Positions 14,762 to 15,634 of a stretch of DNA of 15,634 nt are shown in pieces. Made by a program: the position numbers and the translations under genes. Below the pieces are notes generated by a model. The model ran no database searches. It worked only from the letters and a program-made list of their open reading frames with translations, and was not told the origin of the DNA. Positions within the stretch are counted from its first letter, which is position 1. Each line of letters begins with the position of its first letter. This DNA is from Candidatus Hydrothermarchaeales archaeon (GTDB lineage Archaea > Hydrothermarchaeota > Hydrothermarchaeia > Hydrothermarchaeales > JAZGAD01): contig JAZGAD010000036.1 in the NCBI GenBank assembly GCA_036444275.1, positions 1 through 15,634 on the forward strand, read 5' to 3'.

Positions 14762-15634
14762 CTATCCCCCGTAGGATGCAAACCAAGAGGTAAAGGTCAC
14801 ATATATTTTCTCTCTATCCTCCTCGGTATATAATTTTGAAACGAGGTCAGGTGCCTCCTGTGCAGTCACGCGTACAAGCATTAGATACTCTCTGTCAAAT
14901 TCCCCGAACTTGGTCATCTCCTCTATCTCTCCCAAGCGCATTCCATATTTGTCTAGCATAGCCTCGAAGTCACTTTTGCTTATCTTATTCGCTGCATAGG
15001 CCTTCTGAACTTCAATAAGGTCTACCGTGAGGGTAGTTTGGGTTCCGCTCATAGAGGTACCAGCACTCCCGGTAAACGTCCCGGTCAAAGTTGCAGAGGT
15101 AGGCGATAGTATGCTTAAGGAGGGTACAGTACCGAATCCCTCGACGCCTCCGCCAACCCTGCTTCTTGTCTCGGATTCTTCTAAGTCTATGCTCCCACTG
15201 CTTGCTGCCAAGAGGATGCTTATTATCTTGCCATCCTTGGCTAGGTAAACAGTCTCGTTCTCATTCTTCTTATAATAAATGTTTAAGTTAGTCCCTTCCT
15301 TCGGGAAACCTCCAGCTGCGACCCTCTGCAGCCTCATAGGCACATACTCATATTTTAGTTCTCTAATGATACTCTCCTTTAATTCAGCCAAAGACAGCAT
15401 CCGTATTTTCTGCTTGATCTCCGGCAATAAGCGGTAGCTCTCTACACCAACCTTCAACTCTATTTCCTCGATCGTCGTAAGCAGCTCGTCTACCTGGTCG
15501 AGTCTGTAATCGCTCCATGCCGCTATAGCTGGTGTATCTATATCTATTACTTGGAGGGCGACGATATTATCGACGGTTTTCGCTTTCTCTATCAAGTTAT
15601 CTCTCGTTCCCATATATGTAGATGGCAGTCCCTG
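14762..15634 (-). CDS. DUF515-family protein (RcpC/CpaB-like C-terminal region), 5'-partial
   Basis: Frame is open to the window edge (QGLPSTYMGTR...). Motifs VPMRLQRVAAGGFPKEG..LNIY, a Ser/Gly/Thr-rich linker, VDL.EV.KAYAANKI and L.KYGMRL.EIE..T.FGEFD.EYLMLV.V match my recollection of DUF515 proteins. Confidence 0.7.
   Translation of the reverse strand, partial: QGLPSTYMGTRDNLIEKAKTVDNIVALQVIDIDTPAIAAWSDYRLDQVDELLTTIEEIELKVGVESYRLLPEIKQKIRMLSLAELKESIIRELKYEYVPMRLQRVAAGGFPKEGTNLNIYYKKNENETVYLAKDGKIISILLAASSGSIDLEESETRSRVGGGVEGFGTVPSLSILSPTSATLTGTFTGSAGTSMSGTQTTLTVDLIEVQKAYAANKISKSDFEAMLDKYGMRLGEIEEMTKFGEFDREYLMLVRVTAQEAPDLVSKLYTEEDREKIYVTFTSWFASYGG

Noticed and set aside
14762-14770. C-terminal GG (SYGG) on the DUF515 protein as a ubiquitin-like substrate for the E1
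   Set aside because: It is a large, probably extracytoplasmic protein with no beta-grasp features, 13 kb from the E1 and in a different operon. Probably coincidence.
1-15634. CRISPR arrays, tRNA/rRNA genes, IS elements or a TPP riboswitch
   Set aside because: All intergenic gaps are under 100 nt, with no spaced repeats, cloverleaf, transposase or riboswitch motif visible. The thi4 leader is outside the window.

Overview
Gene-dense archaeal chromosome segment. It looks like an anaerobic euryarchaeal-type lineage, possibly Hydrothermarchaeota, which is an inference from gene content (SepCysS, MptD, DUF515, A-type ATPase H). The + strand (1-4266) carries a tightly coupled sulfur-handling cluster: a Cys-type Thi4 thiazole synthase (5'-partial), a YkgJ/CxxCxxCC protein, an E1-like ThiF/MoeB/UbaA enzyme, a TusA-family sulfur carrier, a DUF169 protein with an extra Cys-motif C-terminal domain, and a divergent SepCysS. 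Next come trkH, trkA (apparent ATC start codon) and an orphan A/V-type ATPase subunit H. The - strand (15634 to 6822) carries a DUF515/CpaB-like protein (5'-partial), a secreted hypothetical protein, a degenerate MptD dihydroneopterin aldolase, hisG and a complete Opp/Dpp-type ABC transporter with a Tat-lipoprotein binding protein. I saw no rRNA, tRNA, CRISPR array or mobile element. The best candidate for an undescribed system is the Thi4(Cys)-YkgJ-E1-TusA-DUF169-SepCysS sulfur relay. All family calls come from motif recognition, not from database searches.
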